A stretch of 64,000 nt of DNA from Okamejei kenojei (Eukaryota). How positions within the stretch are numbered: position 1 is the stretch's first letter; each line of letters opens with the position of its first letter. The translations under genes and the position numbers were made by a program. The stretch is taken from contig CM069167.1 in assembly GCA_035221665.1 (NCBI GenBank), positions 8,370,001-8,434,000 of the forward strand, read 5' to 3'. Positions 23,400-36,619 of this stretch are shown here, piece after piece. The notes under the pieces are model-generated. The model made no database searches. It was not told the origin of the DNA and was given only the letters and a program-made list of their open reading frames with translations.

Positions 23400-24588
23400 G
23401 ACATCGAGAGATGGGGTGAGGTGAGCCATGAGCTTGATGAATGGTTCAGCAGGCTCGAGGGGCCGCATGGTGAAGGTTGCAGCCTGCCGCTGGATGGCAG
23501 TGGCCGGCTCGGCCCGTGGCGGCGCCCGCGCTCCAGTAATCGGAGCCCGGGGAGCATTCTCCCATCACCACGGCAACGGCTCCCTCGTGTCCCTAACCCC
23601 GGGCGCCGAGTTTTCCCGAGTCCCGGCCGAAACGATTGAACTCCCGCCGATCAGAAGGACTCAATACGTTATGAGGATCGGAAAAATCCAAAGGATGATG
23701 TTTTCTTCCCGCATCTGCAGCTCCTTCCTACACCATTACGTTTTCTTTTTTTGTTCGCCCTATCTATCTACGCCTGGTTGCTTGGACTCGGTGACACCCC
23801 TCGCTCCCCTTTGGAGCCTCGGCCGCCGAGTGTTTCCGAAGCTGGCGGGCCGCCGGCTGCCGAAGGCTCCACAGGCAACGACCTCCTCTCTCTCCCCCCC
23901 CCCCCTCCTCTCCAGAGCGCGTGCGCGCGCGCGCGGGGGTGGGGGAAGCTGCTGGCGGGCGGAGGCCGGGGCTCGTGCACGCGCCGGGCACCAGCACGCG
24001 CCGAGTGGGGGCTCGTGCACGCGCGGGCGCGCCAAGCTAGGCATTTTTTCAAGAGTGTTTTCGCTCCCGACTCCCAGCGTTCTCCGCTCTTAGCTGTGTT
24101 GTGTGTGTGTTAGAGTGTGAGGTAAAACTCGGCGCCGTCGTCCCCGCACTTCTGCGTGAGATTGCCACCCCGCCGTTAGCCGACGTGTTTGGTGTAAAAC
24201 GTGGTTGTTTTTTTTTTTTTTTTAATTTGTTAGCTGGAGGGAATGGGATATTTTTTTTTCCCAAACCCGCGGCGGTCGTCGGGTTTTTCATGCGTTCGGC
24301 CCGTCCGCCGAGTCCGGGACACGCCTCACCCCACCACCACAACCTTCCCCTCACCTCACCTCGATCCCGAGCCATGGCGGCGGAGCCGGTGGCGTGGCGG
24401 ACTTCGGCACCGGGCATGGGCCCCGAGACGAATGCTCCGAGGTTGACGCAGGGACGAACAGGGAGTTGAGCGGCGGCGGGCGAGAGGACAGCGGCTGGAA
24501 GCGAGAGTGAACCCGGAGAGTACGGGATGAACAGCGAGGCCGCACAGGTGTAAAACAGGAGGGCGGGACAGGGTGGCTGGTGATCCCT

Positions 24589-24600
<12 letters not shown>
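23400..24600. promoter_or_regulatory. CpG island / promoter of a third gene
   Basis: About 1.2 kb of CpG-rich sequence with GC boxes, a (GC)n NRF1-like run near 23917-23935 and a duplicated GGGGCTCGTGCACGCGC motif. Confidence 0.8.
24374..24547 (+). CDS. Candidate first coding exon of an unidentified gene (MAAEPVA...); reading frame not continuous
   Basis: Strong Kozak context GAGCCATGG at 24374 inside the CpG island, with an acidic/Gly-rich composition and a possible donor CAG|gtgtaa at 24547. As assembled the ATG frame stops after 31 codons (24469), so it could instead be a uORF. Confidence 0.35.
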
Positions 24601-24626
<26 letters not shown>

Positions 24627-27600
24627 ACCCCCAACCCAACACCCAACTGGGACTGGTCTAGGCCCCGAAGTGACCCGCCACCCACGAACTCTTTCCCCCC
24701 CCCGTAAAGTACCCCTTCGATGTGCCTTGCCGAGAACCCCTTAAGAGACTCCCCCCCCCCACCCCCCCCCCCTATTTTCCCACCCTCCAAATCTCCTCAA
24801 CCCTCCAAATCTCCCAAAACCCTCCCCATGGCTCCCCTCTCACGGTGTGGCCTCGGACTCCCCTCCACAATGTGGCATCGCGACAGCATCTCCACCCCCC
24901 CCCCCCGATCAATCACAGGGGCCCTCTCCAGAATGGGCTCCGCTCCATTTTTGGGCTTCGACGTCGTGATGTACTTGGATGCCTCCCACAAACTTCTTCA
25001 GTGAGACAGGAAACGGTTCTTGATACTCGAGCGATGCCCTCAGAGACGCCGCGAACAATACTTAACCCAGCGCCTGTATCTTTCACCCTTATTGGCTACC
25101 TCGTCCTTTGAAATATCCCGCTGCTTTAAAATAGTGGGTAAACTATGCCCTGTTCCCTGGTCTGAGTTGGAGCTAAGTGCCTTGAAGAGGGCTGAGGTTG
25201 ATGGTAGTGTCAAGAGTGGGGCCAGTGTTGGAAGTGGGACTGACGATTTTCAGAAAAGACAGAAGTTCCCATTTCCAGGGATTGGGCCAATGTTATGCCA
25301 GGGCCAATTATGGGGATGGTGGCAAATGTCAGGAGCGGAACATTTCTCTGTAACTACAGTGTCAGGCTGTGTATGGACTTGGAAATAGATACATTTGTCG
25401 AGTCTGGAAGCTTGCTGCGTTTTGTTAGTTAATGTCACTTGAATAGCTCGCCATTGAAGCTGTGTCCAAGGATATTGTCAAGGTTTGTTAGTCGTTCTCT
25501 TGGATAAGCTGACAGGGATGAGATGTGGTAAATCCAGCAGTCTACATTATGTGATGTCAAACATTGTTTTTAAACTATTGTGGCCAGGAAACAAGTCTCG
25601 AAATGATAAAGTACTGTGTTGTTTTAAGAACTTTGGACCAAAGTGAATTGGAGCTGAATATAAGTTGTTTTGAGAGTCACTATTTGAATTAATAGAAGTA
25701 GACTTAAAATTTACAAAAGGACACAAAGTGCTGGACTAGCTCCACAAGTCAGGCAGCATCTCCGGAGAATATAAGTGGTTTTGGGTCGTGGCCATTCTTC
25801 GGACTCCGTTTACCCAATTTACATTTCAGCCAGGAATTATGTTAAAATCAAATCCATAAATGTGGGGAGATGAGTGATGTAATTTTAATTTATAGGTGAC
25901 ATTTTGGCTGTAGTTTTAGAACACTCAAAATGAAAGTGAATTGACAGACTGCCTCATTTGATGTTGTACATTGTTGATTCCTGCATTCCAGCCAACAGCA
26001 AATCCCCCCCCCAATTTTCCCACTTTTTTCAATCTAGTAAGACATTTAAGACAAGCTTTGCTTGCAGATTGATCATTGTTGTTAATTATTGTGATGCATC
26101 TAAATCGTGACTCGGGTGGAGCGAAGTACTAATTATGAATTCTGCGGAGATTAATGCAAAAATTAATCTTCAGTTTTCAGTGCGATTGAGAATATATTGG
26201 TTCCTGTTAATTAAATAACACTAAATGTATGATGAGAGTGCAAAGGTGAGTGACAAAAGCATGAAAAGTGTCAGGGAAATAAGGCATCATATTGCATGAG
26301 AGACACAGTTGCTGTTTGCAGGAGTTACTTGTGTTGCCCATTTGGGCTAATATAGGAATCTGAGGAAAAACAATCGTATTTATAAACTTGCATTTAGATT
26401 TTTGCTTTATTGGGGTCACTGAATGCTCCAACGCATGTTAGTAAAATGTAGTCTCTTATATAGACATATGCTGTAGATATCTTATGCATGGTAATATTGC
26501 TATATTAAAGTCTGGTCAGTCATTTATTTTAACATTATTTCATTGTGGTAAAGTAATATTAGAGAAATGTCTATCTTCAAAAATAATTGTGTATATTTAA
26601 ACTTTATATGAAGCCATTAAGATAGAAGATATGGCTTTGTGTTAAATATATGGGAAGGATAGAGAATCGTTGTAAGTTATTTTAAAATGCAAGCGTATTG
26701 AGGAATGTGGAACTAATGTTAGTAAATTAATGACACAATCAGCCATGATTGGTTTTCCATTGAGGACACTATCCTGGAAACGGGCTTACTTCTGTGACTG
26801 TCTTGGTTCAATACTGCCAAATGCTAGTCAGTTTTATATTATAAATCTGGAATGGCTGTTGAATCGACATCAGACTCTTGGCAAAAAAGTAGATAAAATC
26901 TCTTGAAAAGTTCTTAAATGAAAAAAAAAAAGGTCTTTCAGACATGTTTTCTCAGTGTGGGACATAATCAGTTATATGTGCAAACATTAGGGATTCATCC
27001 TTGCAAATGCTGTATATGTTTCAAAATTTTCCAATGCAAGCTGTTATATACCAGCTTGTGTTGATATGTTAACTTGCAGAGAGCATCTTGTAAAGAGATG
27101 AAAAATTAGACTGCTGAACCAATAAAGGAAATAAGAGAGTGAATGACAATGAATTTCATTAAAGTGAGAGAATTCAAAAAGGAATTTCAGGCCTTGGTAG
27201 TATGCTGTGATTAGGTTGAAGAATGGCTATTAGGTCGCTGTGATCCGTGGTATTTATTTCATTTTATTGCTGAAGTGAGAAACTTGTTATTTAGTCTAAA
27301 CAAAATTTCAGTAACATCAAAATTATCAGGCAGGCAGAGGAAATTATTCGAAGGATGTCTCAGCCTTCTTGAAGGAATAAAAACAATCCCAATAATGAGG
27401 GGAATCCCATGCCCATGATTGACAGGTGGAGATGGTGCATTCATGATAGTATGGGAAGAGTCCATGCATTCAAATCCGCTCTACCTAAATCTTACCTACA
27501 CTCCTACTTACTTGTCAGCCAGGACTAGCTACCCATGTCTGCAGTTCCCAAATTGGCCTCATCAGTTACTCAGAATATGAGTAGAATTAGGCCATCCTTG

Positions 27601-30600
27601 AACTTGAGGAACTGCCTAATGAGAGCCACATTTCCCAGCTCAATATAATATCAAACTATTGGAAGCATTGTGAAATGCAAATCAGTGAACGAAGCTTTGT
27701 TTATCATTTAAAAAATACTCCACTTTATGTTGGAGTGTCTCCAGCAGAAAAATACATATGGTTAACTCAATGAATTAGTCCATTTTTATAATTATGGACT
27801 AAAACTGTTGACTTTTCGCTTGCTCTTGGGAGCATGTGTGCTGCATATTAAGTAACAATTTCTGATTTATTTCAGCACAACTGAAGTACTGTTGCACACC
27901 TGTGTGGTGGGTAAACGTATGTTCTGCACACGTTTCTAATACTGATCATTGTCAGGTACCTCATTTGGAAGTACATAGGTTAGATGTGGAAAGGATTGCA
28001 CTGAACTGTCATTCACATGCACATTGATCTTCATTGTTCTGGTGAAGCTTGCAAGGCATGTATTTAGGTATGGTACTGGAGGAACTATATAAATAAACCT
28101 GTGGATAGTTTTTTATCATTAAACTTTGTTTTTGTTCCATAAACAACTGTACTGTAACTCTAAAAATATAAAATGGAAAAAAAAATCATATGTTTATAAC
28201 TTTGTGTAATGTGTAAACTTAGCGATACAAATGCATCATTGTATAACTTGGAATGATTTTGGTCTGCAGTTGAGAATAATATAAACTTAGTATCTTGTGA
28301 GAAAAACGGTGCTCTCATGTCGGTTGAATTGGCAAGTTAACACTCATCAGCAGCTGCCATTGAAAATAATGTGTAAATGCACAATGATTCATGAAAGTGA
28401 AAATAATTGGTTCATCAATCAATTATTTGAAAATACATGTAATTTTCAGAATTAATTTAATGGTTACTCAGATTCTACATGGTTTAGAAATGCATTACTA
28501 AATAGGTGTTTTTGGATCTGATGATGGTGAATTCTGTGTATCCTTTTACTTGTGATGTTCCTGTTGTAAGAGAATGCCCAAGACATATGCAGATTTCAGC
28601 CTCTGGAAAATCAGTTTGATGTGAAAATCGTACTCTAGTTAGATAGTTTTTGTGTTGGGCCCTTTGACTTTCAAGATAAGGCAGGCACATTTGGCCATTG
28701 ACTTTGAGTGAGTAGAGTGGAGCTGGAAAAAGGAATATAAGAATTTAAATTCCCTTCATGAGTTAAAAATTCAAAAAACATTTCTCAAATAAGTTGTCAA
28801 ATTAAATCTTTATCTCAAAGTTAAAAGCAAGATCATAAATATGAACAAAATTGATGAAAAGTAAATTTTAGGTGAGAGAGAATATATTAAATGGTTATTT
28901 ACTTTTGATTGATGACACCATACAGCATGAATTAATTTTGCATCCTAATGAGAATACTCAATACCCCGTTTCTACAAACCAGAATGAAAATTTCTAATCA
29001 TCTGCAATGACAGTGGCATGACCGAGAGGGCAGGCTCTTGACGTCTTTTTTTAATGCAGATTTAAATCTAGTGAATTCCATATTGCAATTTTGGCATTTG
29101 GTGCTTTTTCTCCATGTTTACAAAATGAATCCTGGATATATTATCCTTGTTTGCAGTTTCCCAAAATTTCAGGAAATGGGATAGTGATACTGCGTTTTGG
29201 AAAAGTTCTCTTTTTCCACACTACCCATAAACTAACATATTCTTTGTATTTTTTTATTGGTTTACTTTATGATTTATAACTTTGGCGAACCTGGTGCATA
29301 TTCTTTATTAGCGCGAGAGTTGTAGCGAATGCGCCCAGAAACATAGTCTAAGAAAAAAAATAATAATCTGCTAAATAAAAAACAATTACATTAGAAGGAA
29401 TGCTGGTTTTGGTTACCTGTGATTTTTTCTTTTAAAACTCTGTTTAAAGTAGTTTGGGAGTAGTGTGGAGAGGAGCCTGCGGGCATTGAGCATTCTTTAT
29501 AAATTGGATGAGATTTGCCTCATAATGCTCTTGGGTCCAACAGCACTTATTCTGTTCCAGATCATGAGCCAGATAGCGAGCTTGTTTCAATTGCAGTGCT
29601 TATTTCTCCAGTTTTAGAATTTACAAAGCTGCTTTAGTTGTTGGGACTTAGGCATAAATCAGATATAGTGATATTGTCATTGTAGTTCTGACATTTGATC
29701 CTTCTGCTTAGTCCATAAGTTAATTTGTAAAGGTATTTTTTTAATGACAATGAAATACACTTATATATTTAAACACCAATATTTTTATTATTTTGCCAAT
29801 ATCTGTTCTGATGCTCAATGTCTAATATTTGAAATGTGATTAAGCTATTTAATGTTATTCGGAGAGGGGGACCGGTAGGGGCAAGGTAGTAGAGGAAATA
29901 GCAGCCTTTTTTGAACAATAGAGAATAGAAACATATGCAATTTGATTTGGTGCGAATGTGACCATGGGCTGAAATTAGTCCCGTATTCAGCAGCAGCGCA
30001 ATCCTTTGGTTGATGTGACTTTGTTCTCTGGGTACTCGATGGTAGAAATTGGTTTTGTGAAACAAAATGTGTTTTGCTTGCATTTATTCTGCCTGCCAGA
30101 ACATCTAGCCATGAGGGACACAATTTGATTCATTATGGAAAAAGCCTTAATCCTTCCTGGTTCCCAGTTCATAGTTCCATAGGTTACGGCACCTTCACAT
30201 CCACATACTTTTTAAATGTGGTGAAAGATTTTGCGACCCTTGCTTCTATCAACAAGTTTTAAATCCTCAATTCTCTGGATCGATAGGGGTGGGGGGGGGG
30301 GGGGGGAGGGTCACATTTATTTTTTTTACTCTGCGAGTCATGTCAAACCTATGTCCTCTAGTTTGTTTTGATCTATGAGAAAAATTTTACAAACAGTTAT
30401 CATAAAACCATCAGAGTTCAATCTAAAAAAGTGATGAAACAAGGAGGAGTGGAATGGTATGAGGAGATTTTAGAGAGAGAAGGAAACTGAAGAAGTGTGA
30501 TTGGAGGTTTATCTGCAGTAGAGAAAGGTAAGTAAAAATGTGCGCGACTCATAATATGGGGAGGGAATGGTGTTTTGAGGTTATTATGAAAAGATTGTAG

Positions 30601-31103
30601 CACATTTAAAAGGTAAATGACAAGAAGACCAGAGTAATATAAGAAAACTATTTGTAATGCATTGAATAGTTTGAAGGTTGTGGATGTTTAAAATTTTTGG
30701 ATTGAAATGTTTCATAACAGAATAAAATTGTGAACGCAAAACTCGTGATGTGGGAATGAACAGAAAAAAATAGGACTATGGTTGAATCTCGAGGGACCGT
30801 TAAAAGCCACGATTCTAGCATCAATTTTTCATTGCATAATTATGGATTATCTAGGTATGCATTCGCAGTTAAAATAATTGTACAACTGTACAATTATATT
30901 CAGCTCACTAACAATCATTAGTATAGAATGTAAATTGAAGTAAATATTTAAGCGGGCCGACAGGCGGACATTACAGTTTACCAATCTGAATATAATCTTT
31001 GTCTCCACTGTTCTTTTTCAATACATAACATAATACTGTGATGTTATTTGTAGTCAACATTTCCATCTCAAACAATAATACAAAAATAGTGTTTTTCCAT
31101 GTA

Positions 31104-32623
31104 CAGTGCCCTCCATAATGTTTGGGACAAAGATCCATCATTTATTTATTTGCCTCTGTACTCCACAATTTGAAATTTGTAATAGGAAAAAAATCATATG
31201 TAGTTAAAGTACACTTTGTCAGATTTTAATAAAGGCCATTTTTATACATTTTGGTTTTACCATGTAGAAATTACAGCTGTGTTTAAAAACATAGTCACCG
31301 CCATTTCAAGGCACCATAATGTTTTGGACACAGCAATGTCATGTAAATGAAAGTAGCCATGTTTAGTATTTTGTTGCATATTCCCCCCCCCCCCTTTAGC
31401 AATGCTAATGACTGCTTGAAGTCGCGATTCATGACATCACCAGTTTGCTGGTGTCTTCTCTGGTGATGCTCTGCCAGGCCTGTATTGCAGCCATCTTTAG
31501 CTTATGTTTGTTTTGGGGGCTAGTCCCCTTCAGTTTTCTCTTCAGCATATAAAATACACGCTCAATTGGGTTCAGATGGGGCTATTGACTTAATCACTCA
31601 AGAATTGACCTATTTTAACTTTGAAAAACTCCTTTGATGCTTTAGCAGTATGTTTGGGATCATTTTCTTGCTGTAGAATGAATCCCCAGCCAGTGAGTTT
31701 TGAGGCATTTGTTTGAACTTGAGCAGACAGGATGTGCGTATACACTTCAGAATTCAGTTTGCTACTACCATCAGCAGTTGTATCATCAATGAAGGTAAGT
31801 GAGCCAATACCTTCAGCAGCCATTCATGCCCAGGCCATAACACCCCCACCACCGTGTTTCACAGATAAGGTGGTATGCTTTGTGTCTTGGGTAGTTCCCT
31901 TCAGTTTTCTCTTCAGCATATAAAATACATACTTTTCTCTTGCCATCACTCTGATATAAATTAATCTTTGTCTCGTCTGTCCACAAGACCTTTTTCCAGA
32001 AACTTGGGGTGGGGGTGGGGATGGCTACGGGTTTTTGGGAGGGGGGGAAAGTACTTCTTGGCAAACTGTAACCTGGGCCATCCTATTTTTGCGGCTAACC
32101 AGTGGTTTGCATCTTTCAGTATAGCCTCTGTATTTCTGTTCATGAAGTCTTCTGCGGACTGTGGTCATTGACAAATCCACACCTGACTCCTGAAGAGTCT
32201 TTCTGATCTGCCGGAGACGATGTTTGGGGATTTTTCTTTATTATAGAGAGAATTCTTCTGTCATAAGGCTGTGGAGGTATTCCTTGGCCTGCCAGTCCCT
32301 TTGCGATTAGTAAGCTAACAAGTGCTCTCTTTCTTCTTAATGGTGCTCCAAACAGTTGATTTTTGTAAGCCTAAGGTTTGGCTGCCGTCTCTAACAGTTT
32401 TATTCTTGTTTCTCAGTCTCATAATGGCTTCTTTGACTTTCATTGGCACAACCTTGGACATATTGATAAACAGCAATAAAAGTTTCCAAAGGTGATGGAA
32501 AGACTAGGTGCTGAGAGCACCTTTTTATGCCTGCATTAAGGAGGCATTTAAGCACACCTGAGCAATTACAAACACCTGTGAAGCCATGTGTCCCAAACAT
32601 TATGGTGCCCTGAAATGGGATGG

Positions 32624-32663
<40 letters not shown>

Positions 32664-32873
32664 GGTGTGGGGGGGGGGGGGGGGGTGGGGGGGAACTATG
32701 TATAAACACAGCTGTCATTTCTATATGGTGAAACCAAAATGTATAAAAATACCCTTTATTAAAATCTGACTGTGCACTTTAACCACGTAATTTTTTTCTA
32801 TTACAAATCTGAAATTGTGTGATTGCTTTGCAGAGGCAAATAAATAAATGATGGGTCTTTATGGGTGGCACTT
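31104..32873 (-). mobile_element. Tc1-family DNA transposon (IR/DR type), decayed transposase
   Basis: TA|CAGTGCCCTCCATAATGTTTGGGACA left end with ~230-bp inverted repeats. Fragments WKKVLWTDETKINLYQSDGK and GFILQQENDPKHTAKA. Right end is partly deleted. Confidence 0.92.
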
Positions 32874-33710
32874 ATGATGCATCAATTTGCAGATGTTAAA
32901 ATGTGAAATAAAACGTTGTTTACGTTTTTCATGTACCTGATGTGAAAATAAATGAGAAAAAAAGGATGCATGAGAACTATTTGCACAACAACACAACAGA
33001 GTCACTTTAAATGTAATTGTGAAATTTGAGGCTTCAGAACAGGAAAGGTGGTGTGAACTGCAAATACTTTCTTGATAACATGTAATAGAAGAGAGGTGTA
33101 TTACATTCAGCAGTAATATTCATTACTAGGTCAACTTTTTTATGAATACCCTTTTATATTCTTCCCCAGCCATTTTTCGCCTCTCTCCTGTAGATGTTCT
33201 AATCTGTTTACTGGTTTAATCTATTTAAAGCCGTATTTAATAATGCATGTGTTAGTCTTTTTAAGTCCTTGTAAGTATTGCATTTATCCCAGCTATGATA
33301 TTCTATTACTCCACCTGGTACATTTGCTTAAACTCTTTATTCTGCCGAGGTTGACTCTTTTATGCCTAGGTATTGGTTTGGGGGTGGGGGGGGGGGGGGG
33401 GGGGGGGTTTATCTTGGATCAAGCCAAATTTAATCAGATTATGGTATTACCATCTCAATGTGATTTACTTGATATTTACTAAGGCACTGGGTTGAAATCT
33501 GTTTCGCATTACGTTTTCTAGTTCACACCCTACACTAATGGATGTTTCTTGTTTGTTTTTGTAGAAATAAAGGTAGATTAAAGTGATCTTATACTTTCTT
33601 GAATGAACTTTTGATTTTTCTATGTTCCAATATAGTCAAACCTTTGCTGGTTTCCACAATTTTCGAATTATATATAAAATACCTCACTTTGAACTACACC
33701 TAAAACTTAA

Positions 33711-34018
33711 CGTGGAGGAAAGAACTGCAGATGCTGGTTTAAACCGATAGACACAAAATGCTGGAATAACTCAGCGGGACGGGCAGCATCTCTGGAGAGA
33801 AGGAATGGGTGATGTTTCGGGTCAAGACTCTTCTTCAGATGCTGCTCTTTCTTCCATAATTTTGTACTTTCTTTTCCCTGAGTAGTCTGAAGAAGGGTCT
33901 CAACCCAAAACATCACCCATTCCTTCTCTCCAGGGATGCTGCCTCTCCCGCTGAGTTATTCCGGCATTTTGTGTCCATCTCCGATTTGAACTAGCATCTG
34001 CAGTTCCTCCCTATACAT
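33711..34018. mobile_element. Inverted pair of Penelope-derived terminal repeats
   Basis: Minus copy ~33711-33840 and plus copy ~33885-34018 are reverse-complement homologues separated by ~45 nt. Confidence 0.8.
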
Positions 34019-34099
34019 GACAGAGGCCTCTCCTTGGCCATACACACATTTGGGAACATTTGGATAACAAGAACAGATGCTAAAATTCTATTTATTGTC

Positions 34100-34500
34100 T
34101 ATAACCAAGCTATTTTGGGCACCATAATCTGAAAGATGTGCTGACCCTGGAGAGGGTCCCGAGGAGATTTACAAGAATGGGTGGGTTAACTTATGATGAG
34201 CGTTTGATGGCACTGGGCTTATACTCATTGGAGTTTAGAAGAATGAGGGGAGGACCATGTTGAAACATTCTGAATAGTGAAAGACTTGGATAGAGTGGAT
34301 ATGGATGTTTCCATGTGGGAGAATCTAGAACTAGAGGTCCTAGCCCCAGAATTGAAATACGTTTCTTTAAGAATGAGATGAAAAGGAATTTCTTTAGTCA
34401 GAGGTGGTGAATCTGTGGAATGTTTTGCCATAGAAGCTTGTGGAGGCCGTCCATGGATATTTTTACAGCAGCGATCGATAAATTCTTGATTAGTTTGATG
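34100..34500 (+). mobile_element. CR1/HER1-type LINE ORF2 3' fragment
   Basis: CTGGAGAGGGTCC.GAGGAG.TTTACAAGAATG, GGAGTTTAGAAGAATGAGGGG and GGTGGTGAATCTGTGGAAT. Confidence 0.8.
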
Positions 34501-36619
34501 GTAATCACGTGATGTTGGATTTGAGTTCATGTGTCTGAAAGGTGCTGAAATGTTTATTCAGATTCTTTTTTCACGTGCCAAGTGAGCCCTCATTTTACAC
34601 GCTGACTGACCTGTATAGTTTTCCAGCATTTGTTTAAATCACAGGGAAATAAATTAGCCCATTGCTGCTGACCTTCAGAACAGTTAAATTTGTTGTCCAT
34701 TTTCATGCCCCAAAGAATGTCAAAGTGGATGCGAAGCCAGTGGATGATACAGCTTCCTCAGTTAATCAGAAAGCATGGGAGGTGATCTCTTGGGATTTGC
34801 ACAACAGATAGCGAGTAGTAATTTTCCCTGGATGAGTAGAATAAATGGTTGGTGTGAGAAAGTCATCCGACAATTGAGAAATAGAATGAAAAGCCTCTTC
34901 ATTGTGGATCGAGAATCTTTGGAATTGTCTAGTCTAGAGTTCGCTAGACCTAAAAATTCCAGTGGGTTAATGCCTGTTAATTGAGTGTGTTTCATAGAAT
35001 CTGGGGAGCCGAAGGGGAAGATGGGAATGGCGCACAGGAAATGATGTTACGCAGCATTAGCATGCATATAGGAGAGGTAAATTATACTGGACAAATCTTC
35101 ATGTGTTTTATTGTACAACCTCTCCCTGTACCTTCAACTCCAGGCAACATCCTCGTAAATCATCTCTGCACTCTTTTCAGCTTAACAGCATTCTTCCTAT
35201 AGCAGGGTGTCCAAAACTGAACACAATACTCCAAATGTGGCCTCTACTCCAACGGATCAAAATGTGAGGTCATCCACTTTGATGGAAGAAAAATAGTTCA
35301 AACTTTTTACACAGTAAATTGAAAGGTGCAGGGGTTAGTGTTAAGAGGATTTGAGTGCAATTATATAAGGCCCCAATGTGATCCCACACCTGAAATAATG
35401 TGTTTAGATCTGGTTTCCTATCTATGGAAGGTTAGATACAATAAGTGATTGACTACTGGGGTGAAGGGATAGTTATTGTATGAGAAGGGTGAAGCAGTCT
35501 GGCTCTATAATGTCTGGAGTTTGGAAGAATGAAAGGAAAAATCATTGAAACATAAAATTCATATGTGGTTGGCATGGTTTATGCAAGGATGACATTTATG
35601 AATGTTCCTGGGTCAAATTTTACAGACTGGTAAGTCTGGCATGTGAATAATTTTCCAAAGCATTACTAAATGCATGGTCTGCTATTTAGATTAAAAATGT
35701 GTCTATGTGAGTTTCATTGATCAAGACGCAGTTTGGGGGTATACTGAGGGAAATGCGAGTATGAGAATAATAGCCTTGCAACATTGTGGCAAACCAGACA
35801 GGAACATCCCATAGATAGGTAGACTACAAACTGCATGTTGTGCAACACTGGTTTAGTCTGTATTACCCAGCCGTTAGCTGGATAAATTCAGAGTTATTGG
35901 ACAACTTGTTCTCGTCAATTGTAAACAGTGTTCTGACCTGAGAACTTAAAACTATTGAATTTACCAGGGGTTGTTATGGCAATCTTGTTCTTGGGATACA
36001 ATAACAAATATGACCTGATAACAATTGGGGAGCAAATTACTCCACATCAATTAGCTATGTAGTTGACATTTCAGATGACATAAGGAAAATGTGAACATAG
36101 CTTGGAAACAGAATAAGAATAGATTGAAGACTGGTCTCTTCAATGTGCTTCCTTTAAAAAAAAATTCAAGCCAGAATTATCTAATAACTATTTCTTATTC
36201 TCTCCTGTGCTAATGAGTAGGGAGCCTGGAGGTCACTGATTGTTTTACTTGATGCACAGAAGTGTAGAAACAAATGATCCTTTTAATTTGGAAGAAAAAT
36301 TGTGGTTTCATCTGTAAATGATTCATTTCTGATCCACAAGTCGGTGATTTCCACAAATGAATGACACTCCAATTATGGCCAAATATCTGCATAAGTTTTA
36401 AGATTAATTTCAAAAATGTCTAATTTGAAAACATGGACCTGAAAGGATTTAATTGTACTTTATTAAAGCAAGATTGCTGTTTGAAACTTAAAACAAAAAA
36501 AACCCTGCAGATTCTGACAATCGGAAACAAAAGCATTCACGGAATGTCAAATTATGGAGGCAATGGTCCCTGTGGAAAACAGAAAGGGGAGAAAATAGGA
36601 AGATGTGACCGGTGGTTGC

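Noticed and set aside
23348-25111. Multiple overlapping 60-220 aa ORFs in the CpG island
   Set aside because: Expected in GC-rich DNA depleted of stop codons, and none has a recognisable domain.
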